A stretch of DNA of 64,000 nt from contig CDRNVI010000069.1 in NCBI GenBank assembly GCA_977017575.1, positions 186,001 through 250,000 on the forward strand. The letters run 5' to 3'. The notes below the pieces were generated by a model. It was given only the letters and a program-made list of their open reading frames with translations, was not told the DNA's origin and did no database searches. Source of the stretch: Paramoeba atlantica (taxonomy: Eukaryota > Protista > Discosea). A program made the position numbers and the translations under genes. The stretch's first letter is position 1; the number at the start of each line of letters is the position of its first letter. Of the stretch, positions 23,581 through 34,558 are shown one piece after another.

Positions 23581-23940
23581 CACTGTCCGGGTTAATATTC
23601 CTGGTAGGAATATTAAGAAGGTATAGGAATATTAAGAGGTATAGGAATATTAAAAAATTAGCAGAAAAGGACCAAAACATTTTCGCGCCGCTTCGCGGCG
23701 CGGTCTTTGCTCTTGTGTTCGTTTTTGGTTCTTTAGGGACTGTGTGCGCGTTGGGCTTGCTATTTTGATGAAAAAATCATCCAAAAAAGGGGAATATTGA
23801 AGGATCATTTTGGTGGATCTCAAGCAAAGACATGGTAGGTGTCAGGGAGAGAGGGGGGTAGGAATATTAAGCACCATTGGGACACTTAATATTCCTGGAA
23901 GGAGTAATACGGGGGTATAGGAATATTAACCCGGACAGTG
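23581..23940. mobile_element. MITE with 22-bp TIR CACTGTCCGGGTTAATATTCCT; TSD unclear
   Basis: Perfect inverted ends at 23581-23602 and 23919-23940; internal ggaatattaa motif repeated. Confidence 0.8.
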
Positions 23941-24790
23941 ATATAAATTATAACAAAAAAGAAAATATATATTATATTTATAATTATAAAAATCAATGAG
24001 AATGTTTTCCAAAGATACCGGAGACCCGCCAGTAAACGACCCCCGGTAAGAGAGATTGGCTCTGGAGGCTGGCTGGTTGGCGGGGCTGAGCGGGCGGGGG
24101 TTGTTGGACGGGTAAGGGTGGGTGAGCGGGGTGAGGGTTATTGGGAGGGCTGTGATGGCTGTGGTACGGAGTTGTCTGGACAGAAAATCAATGCGCGCAT
24201 GAGTAAAAGAGGTCTTAAACAGAGTGGGAAACCGAGTTCAACTCGCTTTCGAAGACGTGTGTGCGAAACACAACGTGTGTGCGATAAATATGATATATCG
24301 ATTACTTGTAGAAGGGGGAGGAGCATTTACAATCAAAACAACCCAGGCTAAAATGGAAGACGGAGATACTCGTCCTTGCGCCCCCTCCTTCATCTAAGGT
24401 CTTGAGCGTCACACACGTCCAGTTAAAATTTGGCCTTTGCAGGTGCATTACCAGAACATGTTGAAGAAGTATCTAACGAAACCAAAGCGCATACAGGTAC
24501 ATCAGGGCCCAAACTCTCCAAATACGCTAGAGGAGTTAATTTGGGAATCTTTTATTTTCACCCACGAATTTTCAGGTTTTCATTTCGAAAACTCACCCGA
24601 CACGAAATCAGGCCACAAATCGGGCACGACGAAATAACCTACCGAGGGAATAGTGCCTCCCTCAATATTTTTAAGCATGTCGTGAATGCTTTGTGCGAAC
24701 AGAATCAAATTTATAAATTTCACAATTCTTATTTTTTTTTTCGAAAATTCTGTCTTGCCATTTATAAAAATCAATGAGAGACAGAGTATA

Positions 24791-25514
24791 CCGTATACCC
24801 CCAGTAAGAGAATGGGATTTGGGTCGAAATGGCCAAATCTCTCTTACTGGGGGGGTATGCCTTTTTGGCCAGTTTCCTCTTTTCTCCCAACTTTTTTGAC
24901 TATTTTTTTGTATTTTTTCTTCGGAAAACGTGTTAAAACGCTTCTTTGGGTTACCCCCGAGGCCCCCAACATGCAAACACCCATCCCCTACCTATTTGGC
25001 TCCCAAGCCAAATCTCTCTTACTGGGGGTCAGCCCAAAAAGGGCCAAATCTCTCTTACTGGGGGGGTATGCCTTTTTGGCCAGTTTCCTCTTTTCTCCCA
25101 ACTTTTTTGACTATTTTTTTGTATTTTTTCTTCGGAAAACGTGTTAAAACGCTTCTTTGGGTTACCCCCGAGGCCCCCAACATGCAAACACCCATCCCCT
25201 ACCTATTTGGCTCCCAAGCCAAATCTCTCTTACTGGGGGTCAGCCCAAAAAGGGCCAAATCTCTCTTACTGGGGGGGTATGCCTTTTTGGCCAGTTTCCT
25301 CTTTTCTCCCAACTTTTTTGACTATTTTTTTGTATTTTTTCTTCGGAAAACGTGTTAAAACGCTTCTTTGGGTTACCCCCGAGGCCCCCAACATGCAAAC
25401 ACCCATCCCCTACCTATTTGGCTCCCAAGCCAAATCTCTCTTACTGGGGGTCAGCCCAAAAAGGGCCAAATCTCTCTTACTGGGAGGGGGGTACCTTACT
25501 GGGGGGGTATACGG
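24791..25514. mobile_element. TA-flanked MITE (TIR CCGTATACCCCCAGTAAG) inflated by an internal 211-bp tandem triplication
   Basis: TA at 24789-90 and 25515-16. Identical blocks recur at 24930, 25141 and 25352 (period 211). Confidence 0.9.
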
Positions 25515-25554
25515 TAGTTTCCAAAGAAAATAATAAAAAAATAAAAAAACCCTC

Positions 25555-26066
25555 TTCTACCTCTAGGGAGGGCACTCCGCCCATCATCAGAGCCACGATA
25601 CTGGAAGGGATTGCGGCTGCAGTCAACGTCTCCAGCTCCCCTCATAAGGATACCGAGCTGGTCCAATGTACCGGTTCCCAACAGGGGTCGACCCCAACCA
25701 CCCAGGTCGCAAACACGGAGATCTAACCCCCTCCCCCGAAAATCTGGCGGAACTATTGGGGAGGGGCTCTCTCCGCAAGCTTTACGCGGTTCAATGCCCC
25801 GCGTGGAGAGAACATGTGGCTAGCGTTTGTCACGATTCCCTTGACAAATCAGTCGAAGGAAAAGCGGCGATTGCATGGAATCTTCTACTTGCAGTCAATA
25901 GATTCCTCTCTTACCCTGATGATAAACTGTCACAACGACAGTTAGCACGCGAACTCCGTGTGCGTGCTCGTCTGGAAGGATCGGAAACCTCGGCTCCGAC
26001 CCCCAACCCTGCGAATGGCTCCCCCGTGTGTGTTACAAAACGGGTGGAAGAATTATCTAGGGCGGG
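25555..26066 (+). mobile_element. Internal fragment of a related CRE subfamily (pre-RT region)
   Basis: TILEGIAAAV and PSPENLAELLGRGSLRKLYAVQCPAWREH..AWNLLL..KLSQRQLARELR..ANGSP match 36500-36940. Truncated after EELSRAG. Confidence 0.9.
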
Positions 26067-26786
26067 AAAAAAGAAAAATAAAATAAAATTTACTTAATCT
26101 GTCCCACTACACGAACTTACTTCAGCGTTAATTTTGTGCATATAAAGGGGGGTCCCACTACACAAACTTTTTTCAGCCTGCATTTTGTGCATATTAAAGG
26201 GGGGTAAGGGGGGTGCATATTAAGGGGCGGGGTCACAGTAAGAAATGGAACATGCCGCCACTGTTGAAAGAAGGGTCATGAGCTCAAGGACTGGTATAAG
26301 ATGCCTCCTCTCCATGATAAAAAGGCTCGCTACGATGGCCCCCGAGCAAAAAAACGACGTTACATGCATTGGTCATTGTTTTATGCGTGAACTGCAGTAG
26401 TTTTCCGAATAAAGTCATGAGCTCATTGTAGAAGATTGTAAGTTTATAAGCGATAAAGGTCGGTGGAAGAACAAAAAACTCAAACATAAATCGAAATGAA
26501 AGGGACGGCTTCTCGGTGTCTACCGTATGCGGACCAAAATATTCCAAAAAATATCTCTAACTATCCCAAAAAATATGGGCATGAATGAAAAAACGTAGAA
26601 ACCCCAATGACTTCGTAGACGTGCTGCGTAGACCGACGCTGTTCACGAAAGGGGAGTACCTTTCGTTGACGAGATCGAACTGAAATTTTAGCATTTTAGA
26701 ACCGGCGTTTTTTATGTGCATTTTGAGAGTTCTGCTGCAGCAATCCGTTTCTCTGTGGACTGTTATCCTCTACTCACTCACCTTTT

Positions 26787-28730
26787 TCACTCCATCCGTC
26801 GCCTCCCCCCTCGCTGGGATCCCTCTCGTTTCTGTGCGACCGCCTTGTTTTTTTTCTCTTCCTCCTCCCTCTCCTCTGGGGTCACCAGCCACACGACATT
26901 AGCAAACTTATCGAAGTGAAACGTCCCGGGGTGTTTTAAAATTACCTGCGTCAGCCCGCCGTATCTTCGAGCCGCTTTCTTTGCGGCCTCCGGGAGCTGT
27001 GCCTGCAGCGCGTTCATCGACTTGCGACGCTCCGTGTCGGCCGCCCAACAATCCAGCATGGCTTTCAATAGATTATCCATTAACAAATATGGATTCCCCT
27101 TCTCGTGGTCACATACCTCGTCGCGACGTCGTACGCAGTTCTCATAGATCACATTGCCATGTGCTGTCTCCTTTTTTTGCTGGAATATATGAAACTTGTC
27201 ATGGTGTTTACGAAGGAATGTCATTGGACGCCCATCATGGCGTAGATCTAAACCGTTGCGCAGCATCATGTGCTGCCTGGTATTGAGATGAGAGCTCACC
27301 AGGGGAAGCAGATCTGGCATAAGCACCGAAGAAAACTCCGGGATACGATGGTAAATAATGTCCGCAATCTCGGCGTCGGTCATGGAGGGGGCGTCAAGCG
27401 GCAGAGAAATCCAGCCGAGTTTGGAGGAGTACACCCGCTTGAACCCCTCTCGTTTGCGGCGCTCGAAATCGACCGGAGTGAACATCGAGGTGCAGGGCTC
27501 CTCGGCGAGATTCAGAAGCTCCCGACGTGCCTCGGCGTGAGTTTCGGAAGTCAATGCGACGTCAAATGTTGCCTCCGCCTCCAGGGTGTGCTCGGTCCCC
27601 TCCACCGGCGACATCTCCGGGTAATCCTCCCTCACCAACGACCGTATCTGCCGGGTCTCACTGCGTGCGATAAGTTTCGGAAACATACACGCCATTGCGG
27701 AAAGCGTAAAAGCACTCTGGGCCCCCCATTTTGCAATCGAGGGAAATACCCCCGCCTGAGCCTGTTCGAGGGAAACAAACTTTGTGGGAAGACAAAACGC
27801 CAGCTTCACCATCACCTCCGGCGGCATCGCATAGCTCCTGTAGCTCCCCGCTAACCTCTCATCCTTATCCACATCCCACGCCACTTTCACATTCGGCAAC
27901 CTCCGGACAAATATCTCCTTCTGTTTTCCATAATACGCCTGGTCCAGCTCCGGGGTCACCAACAGCACCGTCTCCGGCCCCACCCCCCTCTCCGTCACCG
28001 TCCGTCGCACATAGGACACCACCACCGCCCACGGCACCCAGTACCCCGGGGTGATTTGCAAAACCCGCTTCCCCACATCCACCGCGGTGCCATACATCAC
28101 CGTCCCGCTCCCCGGCGGGAACCGGCTCTTGGTCTCCGCCACCCAGGCGCGCCTCCCCACGTACGGCGCCCCCTCGCTGTGGTCCTTTCGCACCTCGTAG
28201 CGCGTGGCCATCTCCCCCCCCCGGGTCAGCACCTGGAGCAGCCGCGGCACCTCCTGGGAGAGCATAATGTGCAGCAGCTCGAGCCGGATGTAACCCGCGT
28301 GGGGCACCAGGCGGTGGATCCCGTTCGCGAGGTCGGCGTCCTGCTGCACCACGGACGGGGGGACGCGACGGAGCTGGAGCGCGGTGCCCTCCCGGTTGAG
28401 CTGGAAGTAGGTGGGGAAGGCGTGGGCGAAGGTGCGGGGGGTGCCGAAGTACTTCTCCAGTTTCACCCCGTCCCGGTAGGACAGCGCGGGGAGCAGCGCG
28501 GAGAGGGGGAGACGGCCGGGGGGGAAGTTCCCGATGCGGTGCGCGCAGAGTAGGCAGCGCGCGACGGTGAACACGAGGTCGAGCCCGGCGGAGCGACGGA
28601 CCTCGGGGTACTGCGAGGCGACGTAGGAGGTGGTGAGGAGGTGGTCGAGGGAGGGGGGAGGGGGCGGAGGGGGGGCGCAGCGAAGGGTGGGGGTGCGGTA
28701 GTGGAGGAGGGGGAAAAGGTTGCGGTACAT
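26787..28730 (-). CDS. Repeated winged-helix-like family paralogue 4
   Basis: Presequence-like MYRNLFPLLHYRTPTLRC; LAFCLP..FPSIAKW..FPKLI; NPYL..LPEAAKKAARRYGGLTQVILKHPGTF. Confidence 0.85.
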   Translation of the reverse strand: MYRNLFPLLHYRTPTLRCAPPPPPPPSLDHLLTTSYVASQYPEVRRSAGLDLVFTVARCLLCAHRIGNFPPGRLPLSALLPALSYRDGVKLEKYFGTPRTFAHAFPTYFQLNREGTALQLRRVPPSVVQQDADLANGIHRLVPHAGYIRLELLHIMLSQEVPRLLQVLTRGGEMATRYEVRKDHSEGAPYVGRRAWVAETKSRFPPGSGTVMYGTAVDVGKRVLQITPGYWVPWAVVVSYVRRTVTERGVGPETVLLVTPELDQAYYGKQKEIFVRRLPNVKVAWDVDKDERLAGSYRSYAMPPEVMVKLAFCLPTKFVSLEQAQAGVFPSIAKWGAQSAFTLSAMACMFPKLIARSETRQIRSLVREDYPEMSPVEGTEHTLEAEATFDVALTSETHAEARRELLNLAEEPCTSMFTPVDFERRKREGFKRVYSSKLGWISLPLDAPSMTDAEIADIIYHRIPEFSSVLMPDLLPLVSSHLNTRQHMMLRNGLDLRHDGRPMTFLRKHHDKFHIFQQKKETAHGNVIYENCVRRRDEVCDHEKGNPYLLMDNLLKAMLDCWAADTERRKSMNALQAQLPEAAKKAARRYGGLTQVILKHPGTFHFDKFANVVWLVTPEEREEEEKKNKAVAQKREGSQRGGRRRME

Positions 28731-28913
28731 GGGGGGAAGGAAGACGTGAGATTGGAAGAGGTTAGGATTGGGGGAAATAAAAAAAGAGTTGAGTAGAAAC
28801 AAGGATGTGGTTGGGAAGGTGTAGCGAGACGAATGGGAAATACCGGTGAGGTCAGTATGTTGGATTTTCTTTACAAGGGATGTTAGAGGTGTGTCGTGGC
28901 AGTGACCTGGTGC

Positions 28914-30698
28914 TTATCTGCTACCTGTGGAAGTGTTATTTTGTTGAATTGTGCTACATAATAGAACCACTACTTGTCCGCACACTCGGATATTCTTTGG
29001 ATATGCCATGAAAAACTTTTGAATTCCCTTGGTTCGCAAAGATTTTTTTGCGCCATCCGGTAGACGCTCAAACAGATTACTGATGGCCATTGATTTTCGT
29101 CCAGTATCAAAGCAAGAAATTATAGCTTCAAGGAGAATTTGCGGGTCCAAAAAAATATTTCCCCGTTCCTCGGGAGAAGCTGGTTGTCGAGACAGAATAT
29201 ATTGGAGTCGTTTATCCTCCTTGGGTTGCTGCTCCATGCTAAAACCGCAGTTAGGATATTTGCGTATAAGCTTGACAATGCTTCCCTGGTGTCGACTTAG
29301 CAAAGCATGTTTTACTTTATCCTGAACGACACTACTGATATTACGTATATCTGCCGTTACCTGGACCAGTGGCACGCACTCCATCTCAGGGACTCTTTCG
29401 CGTATCATTTCCAGTATCTCATGATCGGTAAACGGATTTTGCACTCTGTCTAAGAGCTTTTTCTTCCATCCGACTCGAACTTTTACCTTTTCCGTACATT
29501 TGTATGGCTGGAAAAACTTACTTGAGGGCTCGGAAGCCATGTGCAGCAAATGTTCCAGCTCGGGGCTTGCAGCAATCTTGGTGCAAAACTCAGATTCCGC
29601 CTCAGCGGTATATTCTAGACCTGTTTCTGGGGATATATCGGGGTATTGCTTTCGTACTATGGAGCGTACGTCTTTTTCCCAATTGACTTCTATAATTTCT
29701 GGATACATTTTAACAAGGGCGGAAAAGGAAAACGCAAGATCGTTCTCGATCCACCTTTTGACAGAAGGAAACACATTCCATTGTGCCTCCCTCTGAGAGC
29801 GAAATTCACAAGGCAACGAAAAAGCTAACTTCAAAACTTTCTTGGGACCGAGTCGGAACGATGTATGCGACACCTCACACGGAGGAAGTTCAAACTCACA
29901 ATTTCGATTGTCGCGCCGAACAAAAATATCACTACTATTCGCGTAGCTGGAGAGCTGAATGGCCTGATTTAAAATTGCTGAAACTCGACTATGTCCAGCT
30001 ACATCTATGGCATTACGATGTTCCGGTGGTACACGCTCTAGACACTCTTGTAAGGGTACCCAATAATGCGGTACGGCGCGAATCAACATGTCCGCCGCTT
30101 CTGCTGCCAAAAATAAACTATGGTTATCACCAACTAAGAAAACACTAAGCAGGCAAGCTTCTGTTTCACGTTTTAATATGAATCGTTTCTTATTTGAATC
30201 AATAGCCGTTGTATATATTTTTTGTAGATCCTCGTTGTTTAAGAACAATTGGTAAACCGTCGCAGAAGATATATTGCCAAACAGATGACACAGTAACTCA
30301 AGATGAACGAAACCTATTGGAGGCATTATAGACTCCAGCACCTTTTGCAATGCCTTCTCGTTGATGTCTTTTTCAGGAATCGGAGGGACTCGCTCAATGA
30401 GGTCTCGATCGGGAAAAATGCGGAAAACACTTGGGTAGTTAGAAAAAAGGTTATTAATAGATCCCCAATACTCCACTATCTTAGATCTCTTTTGCTCCTT
30501 CCATCTTGCTCTCACATTCGACAGTGAACCCCTCCAAGGCCGTGCGTTGTAGCCCGTTCGATTATTTACGCGGTCACAAAGCGTCAGACACGTCCAACTA
30601 AGCGTCTCAAACGCAAGTATGTTGCGCGCCAAAATTTTCATGCTGGCGCGACATGATAAATCTTTCTGTTGGACTCTGATGCGCGAGAATAGAAACAT
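28914..30698 (-). CDS. Repeated winged-helix-like family paralogue 5
   Basis: Presequence-like MFLFSRIR; LAFSLP..FPSVKRW..YPEII; NIFL..LPDGAKKSLRTKGIQKFFMAYPKNI. Confidence 0.85.
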   Translation of the reverse strand: MFLFSRIRVQQKDLSCRASMKILARNILAFETLSWTCLTLCDRVNNRTGYNARPWRGSLSNVRARWKEQKRSKIVEYWGSINNLFSNYPSVFRIFPDRDLIERVPPIPEKDINEKALQKVLESIMPPIGFVHLELLCHLFGNISSATVYQLFLNNEDLQKIYTTAIDSNKKRFILKRETEACLLSVFLVGDNHSLFLAAEAADMLIRAVPHYWVPLQECLERVPPEHRNAIDVAGHSRVSAILNQAIQLSSYANSSDIFVRRDNRNCEFELPPCEVSHTSFRLGPKKVLKLAFSLPCEFRSQREAQWNVFPSVKRWIENDLAFSFSALVKMYPEIIEVNWEKDVRSIVRKQYPDISPETGLEYTAEAESEFCTKIAASPELEHLLHMASEPSSKFFQPYKCTEKVKVRVGWKKKLLDRVQNPFTDHEILEMIRERVPEMECVPLVQVTADIRNISSVVQDKVKHALLSRHQGSIVKLIRKYPNCGFSMEQQPKEDKRLQYILSRQPASPEERGNIFLDPQILLEAIISCFDTGRKSMAISNLFERLPDGAKKSLRTKGIQKFFMAYPKNIRVCGQVVVLLCSTIQQNNTSTGSR

Positions 30699-31324
30699 TG
30701 GGTTTATGTGCTCTATCCTTTTGCAAACACTTTGTGTTATTATTCAGTGCTCATAAATAAAAGAGATAATGTGGTACAGATACTATACTGTACTATAGAT
30801 ACTAATGTGGTACTAAACAGAAATGTGTATCCAAGGTGAATATGAGCGGATGCACGATACAAGCAGAATGGAAACCGGGCTACGTTATTTCTATCATGGA
30901 GGGAGGGGGGGCAATGCGTCTGAGGTGATTGGTAGAATAGGTTGCTTATCATGCGCTCTTTGGCGCAGATATAATCCCCTTAATGCGACGGCCGATGTCA
31001 TCGGCACATAATTCACCCACAACGGATGTCGCCAAAGGGGGTTCGACACGGACTCGGTCTGTAGAGGGGGTCCAGGCAACTCGCCTCTCTTTACGCAGCC
31101 GGAGGGGCGCACTGCAACCGACCGCTGCCTCGCGATAATGCGAGGCAGAGTCACGCCCAGTGGTCCTCAAGGGAGGCCACCATGGCGCATAGCTCCCCGG
31201 GAAGAGACAGGCGCGAGAAGAAGAAAGCCGGGGAAGGAAGAAAACTCACTCAAGGAGTGAGCCGGGGAGGGGTGAAAAGTCGGAAGTACGTCCCCTACTT
31301 CCACGACAAGAGGGGACAGTTCCC

Positions 31325-31447
31325 GCTAGCCGTCAGCCGGAAATGGGCATTAAAAGGGAAAATGTATGCCCGTTTCCGGGAAAAGAAAGGAAGGGCTAGC
31401 AAAATGTACCAACAAGGTACAGAAACTGTATCTTTATTGCGTTGGTT
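31325..31447 (-). ncRNA. Spliced-leader (SL) RNA gene, 38-nt exon 31447-31410 plus intron; 3' end uncertain
   Basis: Minus strand AACCAACGCAATAAAGATACAGTTTCTGTACCTTGTTG|GTACATTTTG contains the euglenozoan SL core CAGTTTCTGTAC and a GT donor. The intron folds as nested stems GCTAGCC/GGCTAGC, CCGGAAA/TTTCCGG and GGGCAT/ATGCCC. Confidence 0.85.
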
Positions 31448-31850
31448 GTAAAACTACCGCTCTACCCTCGATTATTGAAAAAAAAGTGAAAAAAAAAACA
31501 GTGAAAATATAAAGAGGAACACAGTAATATAATAGAAGAAAAATTTATAAAAGGGGGCCCCGGTGGTCCAAAATTGAAAAAAATGGGGGGTCCATGGGGG
31601 GGTCCATGGGGGGGGGTCCAGGAGGGGGGTCCAGGGGGGGGCATACATCGTTTTTTCAAATTTTCAAAATCCTGATTTTCGAAATCGAGCGCAGGGAAGT
31701 GGTAGAGTAGGCCGCGGCGATGACTTTCCACCCCCCCACCTGGGGGTACCTCCCTGGTACGCGCGGAAGGGGTCCGACAAGGTCAAAAATTCCGAAATTT
31801 TTGGGATGACCAAAAAAAATATTTTTTGATCCAAAAAAAAGCAAAAATAT
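31448..31850 (-). promoter_or_regulatory. Conserved SL upstream region (putative SL promoter)
   Basis: A ~400-bp block lies immediately 5' of the SL +1 in three copies (31448-31850, 39056-39450 and inverted 33400-33787), with GGACCCCCC repeats and a GAGCGGTAGTTTTAC end. Confidence 0.7.
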
Positions 31851-32060
31851 TATTTTCCAAAATCGACTACTAAACCGTATTTGGAGAGTTTCGGACTTCA
31901 GCTACCATTCTACGACGTTTTTGTCGACAGATTCGACTCCTGCCCCAACTGGTAAGGCATCCAAAACAGCCCAAATTGGGTGTAAAATTTCGCAATTTTT
32001 GCCGAAGAATCGAGCTTTTCCCCCCGAAAAAGTAGATTATTCATGATCTTTTGGCGATTC

Positions 32061-32175
32061 TTCTTTTTTAGGCTCTTCGTTAAACGCGGTGGTAGTTTTC
32101 AACGCGAAGCGCGCAGCATGAGTGACTTCTAAGTTGAAAACAACCACCGCGTTTAACGAAGAGCCTAAAAAAGAA
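32061..32175. repeat. ~115-bp hairpin repeat (43-bp stem, 29-nt loop)
   Basis: ttcttttttaggctcttcgttaaacgcggtggtagttttcaac / gttgaaaacaaccaccgcgtttaacgaagagcctaaaaaagaa. Confidence 0.92.
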
Positions 32176-32254
32176 ATGGCAGAATTCGAAACTCATTTGG
32201 TAAACTTGTTATGTAAACTTTACCCTTATTGGTGAAAGTGAAGTATAAAGAAGT

Positions 32255-32313
32255 ATAAAGATAGAGTTTCTGTACCTTGTTGTTCATCCTTTCTTTCCCC
32301 GGCAACGGGCATA
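32255..32313 (+). ncRNA. SL remnant: exon nt 11-38 plus intron piece (probable 3' target-site duplication, inverted)
   Basis: ATAAAGATAGAGTTTCTGTACCTTGTTG (32255-32282), then tcctttctttccccggcaacgggcata matching the intron of the 31447 copy. The GT donor region is deleted. Confidence 0.8.
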
Positions 32314-32369
32314 TTCTTACTGTAATTATATGCTCGTTGCATAAAGCACATAAGAATATGAAAAAAAAA

Positions 32370-32611
32370 GCACATGAGAATATGAAAAATTGAGGGTCTC
32401 TGGGCCAGGCACCCCATAGGTGGTGAAGGCCAGGGGGAAAAATCCATCCCTCTGGCGGCCGCCATCTCGTCATGGGCGCGGCGCTTGTTGCCTTCCGCCA
32501 TCCTCAGTGTATAAGAGGGATGGGCGGCCTCCTTATCTACGTAGGACGGGGCCAGTGGGTTAACCACGGTGGCGTCCACACGGGCGAGCTTCCGACCCAG
32601 TTGGAAGCATA
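32370..32611 (-). pseudogene. C-terminal half of the CRE restriction-like endonuclease
   Basis: Removing 32612-34619 restores GPD-ICFQLGRKLARVDATVVNPLAPSY..AEGNKRRAH. A homopolymer frameshift at ~32433-32442 precedes PLAFTTYGVPGPET. Confidence 0.88.
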
Positions 32612-32894
32612 CAGGGGTGAAAATCCCATGGTGGGGGGGGGTCTAAAATTCGTAAAATTTGTCCAATTTTGGAAAATAATAGCGCGTTCGAGAGCTCTCG
32701 CAGAGTTGTATGTTTTAAGATAGGCAGTTTGCGGGGGTTAGGGGGGTACCCCCCTTTGATGGAAGGGTCAAAAACACGATTTGCAAATTTTAAAAACTGT
32801 AAAAAATGGTCAAAAATTACCCTTAATACCCACAGGAAGACCCGTTTCGCTCAATAACGATGCGACAACGCTTGCGGAAACTGCTCATCGTGTT

Positions 32895-33017
32895 AATTTT
32901 CTTTTTTAGGCTCTTCGTTAAACGCGGTGGTTGCTTTCAACTTAGAAGTCACTCATGCTGCGCGCTTCGCGTTGAAAACTACCACCGCGTTTAACGAAGA
33001 CCCTAAAAAAGAAAATT
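32895..33017. repeat. ~115-bp hairpin repeat, opposite loop orientation
   Basis: Same arms as 32061-32175, loop ttagaagtcactcatgctgcgcgcttcgc. Confidence 0.92.
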
Positions 33018-33399
33018 TAGCCTGGAAAACGGAAAGAATATAGCCGAAAATAGCCGAATTTCGGGTACAAATGGGGTGATTTTCGCGCATTTTTGCTCTC
33101 AGAGCACTAAATCCGACATTTGCGCGTGGGAAATCACTCGCAGGCATGAATGAAAGCCTACCGAACGTATTGGGTAGAGAATACGACTCCAACCATACCA
33201 TTCTTTCGACACAAAAATGCCCCTTGGAGTCCGAAAAATACTTTTTCACCTTTTTTAGTCAAAATTGGGCCATTTTGAGGGGCGCACCACGGTTCGAAGA
33301 AGTGATACCTTGCGAAAACAACTGCGGAGAAAGCTAGTGTAGGTCCCAAACTATCAAAATACAATAGGGGAAACGATTTTGGAAAACTATTTTTTTTGT

Positions 33400-33800
33400 C
33401 ATTTTTTTCGCCAAGTTGAATTTTTTTTCAAAATTTTTTTTCCGAAAAAATCCGAACTTGGCGGACCCGTCCTGCGGATACGCGGGGGGGTCACCCCCGG
33501 GTGGGGGGGTGGAAAATGCGCGCCAAGACCCCGGCTACCCTTTCTGCGGTTTTTTTTCGAAAACTAATTTTTTCGAAAAAATTTGCTCGACCATGCCCCC
33601 CCCCCTGGACCCCCCCCTGGACCCCCCCCATGGACCCCCCATTTTTTTCAAATTTTTTTTTCAGTTTTGGTCCACCGGAGCCCCCTTTTATATTTTTTTC
33701 TTCTATTATATCACTGTGTTCCCCTTTATATTTTCACTGTTTTTGTTCACTTTTTTTCAATAATCGAGTGTAGAGCGGTAGTTTTACAACCACCGCAATA
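33400..33800 (+). promoter_or_regulatory. SL upstream block plus SL nt 1-13, inside the Tc1-like element
   Basis: Reverse complement of 31448-31850, ending gagcggtagttttacAACCACCGCAATA (33788-33800), 5 nt from the transposase stop codon. Confidence 0.8.
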
Positions 33801-33805
33801 CATTC

Positions 33806-34558
33806 TTACTTGCGTTCTGATTGTAATCTTTCGAACGCTGTCTCAATGGCCGATACTAATTCAGCCCGATTCTTGGGTCGAAGATCATTTTTGATCCTGT
33901 CCATGGTCCCCCAAAGGTTTTCAATGGTGTTTAAATCGGGGGATTCTGCAGGCCAAGAGAGTACATTAATACCTTCGTTGCGAAAGGTTGTTCGCGCAGA
34001 ATTATGAACAGGACAATTATCCATTGCAACGACCCCAGATGGGTGGCGCCTCAAATAATTTAAAAGTCCTTTGCGCTTCTTCATGGCATCATTGAAAACA
34101 TCCCCTGTTACAGTTACTTTTCGGCCGGAAGGGTCGTGGGAGGGAAAAATGTGTAGATGAAATCCATGATTTTAACTGACCCCCATCCACACCATGACGC
34201 CGTTCCCTCCATATCAAGGTTCTAGCTCTCCCTGCTGTTCCTTGGCGGGGTCAGTCTTCCGGCAAAAGTAAGTAATTTTGTTTCGTCCCCTACCGCAAGT
34301 GAACTTCTTCTCATCGCAGAAAACAATTTGTCTCAGTTGGGTATCTGACCAAGTGAGCATCTCAGAACAAAAATGCACTCGTTTCCTCTTGTGTTCATCG
34401 GTCAGTGCGGGCTTTCTTTTTAAAGTTCGCATGATCATACCATGGCTCTTCATGGCGTTAACCAAAGTTGGTCTTGAACACTGAAATCCAAGAGAAAGCA
34501 CAACTCTATGGAGCACACCAGTTCTCAATCCCGTACGGGAGGTCACGGTATCCCTCAT
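33806..34558 (-). pseudogene. Tc1-family transposase, DD32E, two in-frame stops, first HTH missing
   Basis: KPALTDEHKRKRVHF, IVFCDEKKF, GGNGVMVWMG, AMDNCPVH and WPAESPDLNTIENLW in one frame. TGA at 34214-16 and TAA at 34172-74. Confidence 0.93.

Noticed and set aside
24833-25510. CRISPR-like array
   Set aside because: Units are identical 211-bp tandem copies with no unique spacers, and no cas genes are present.
31020-31200. 5S rRNA or HDV-like ribozyme downstream of the SL gene
   Set aside because: Hairpins are present (ctgcctcgc/gcgaggcag; gtggtcctc/gaggccac), but I could not fit the 5S or HDV consensus. An Infernal search is needed.
33806-34558. Stop-codon reassignment (Blastocrithidia-like) suggested by in-frame TGA and TAA in the transposase
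   Set aside because: Long host genes have no in-frame stops and end at TAA, TAG or TGA. Nonsense decay explains it.
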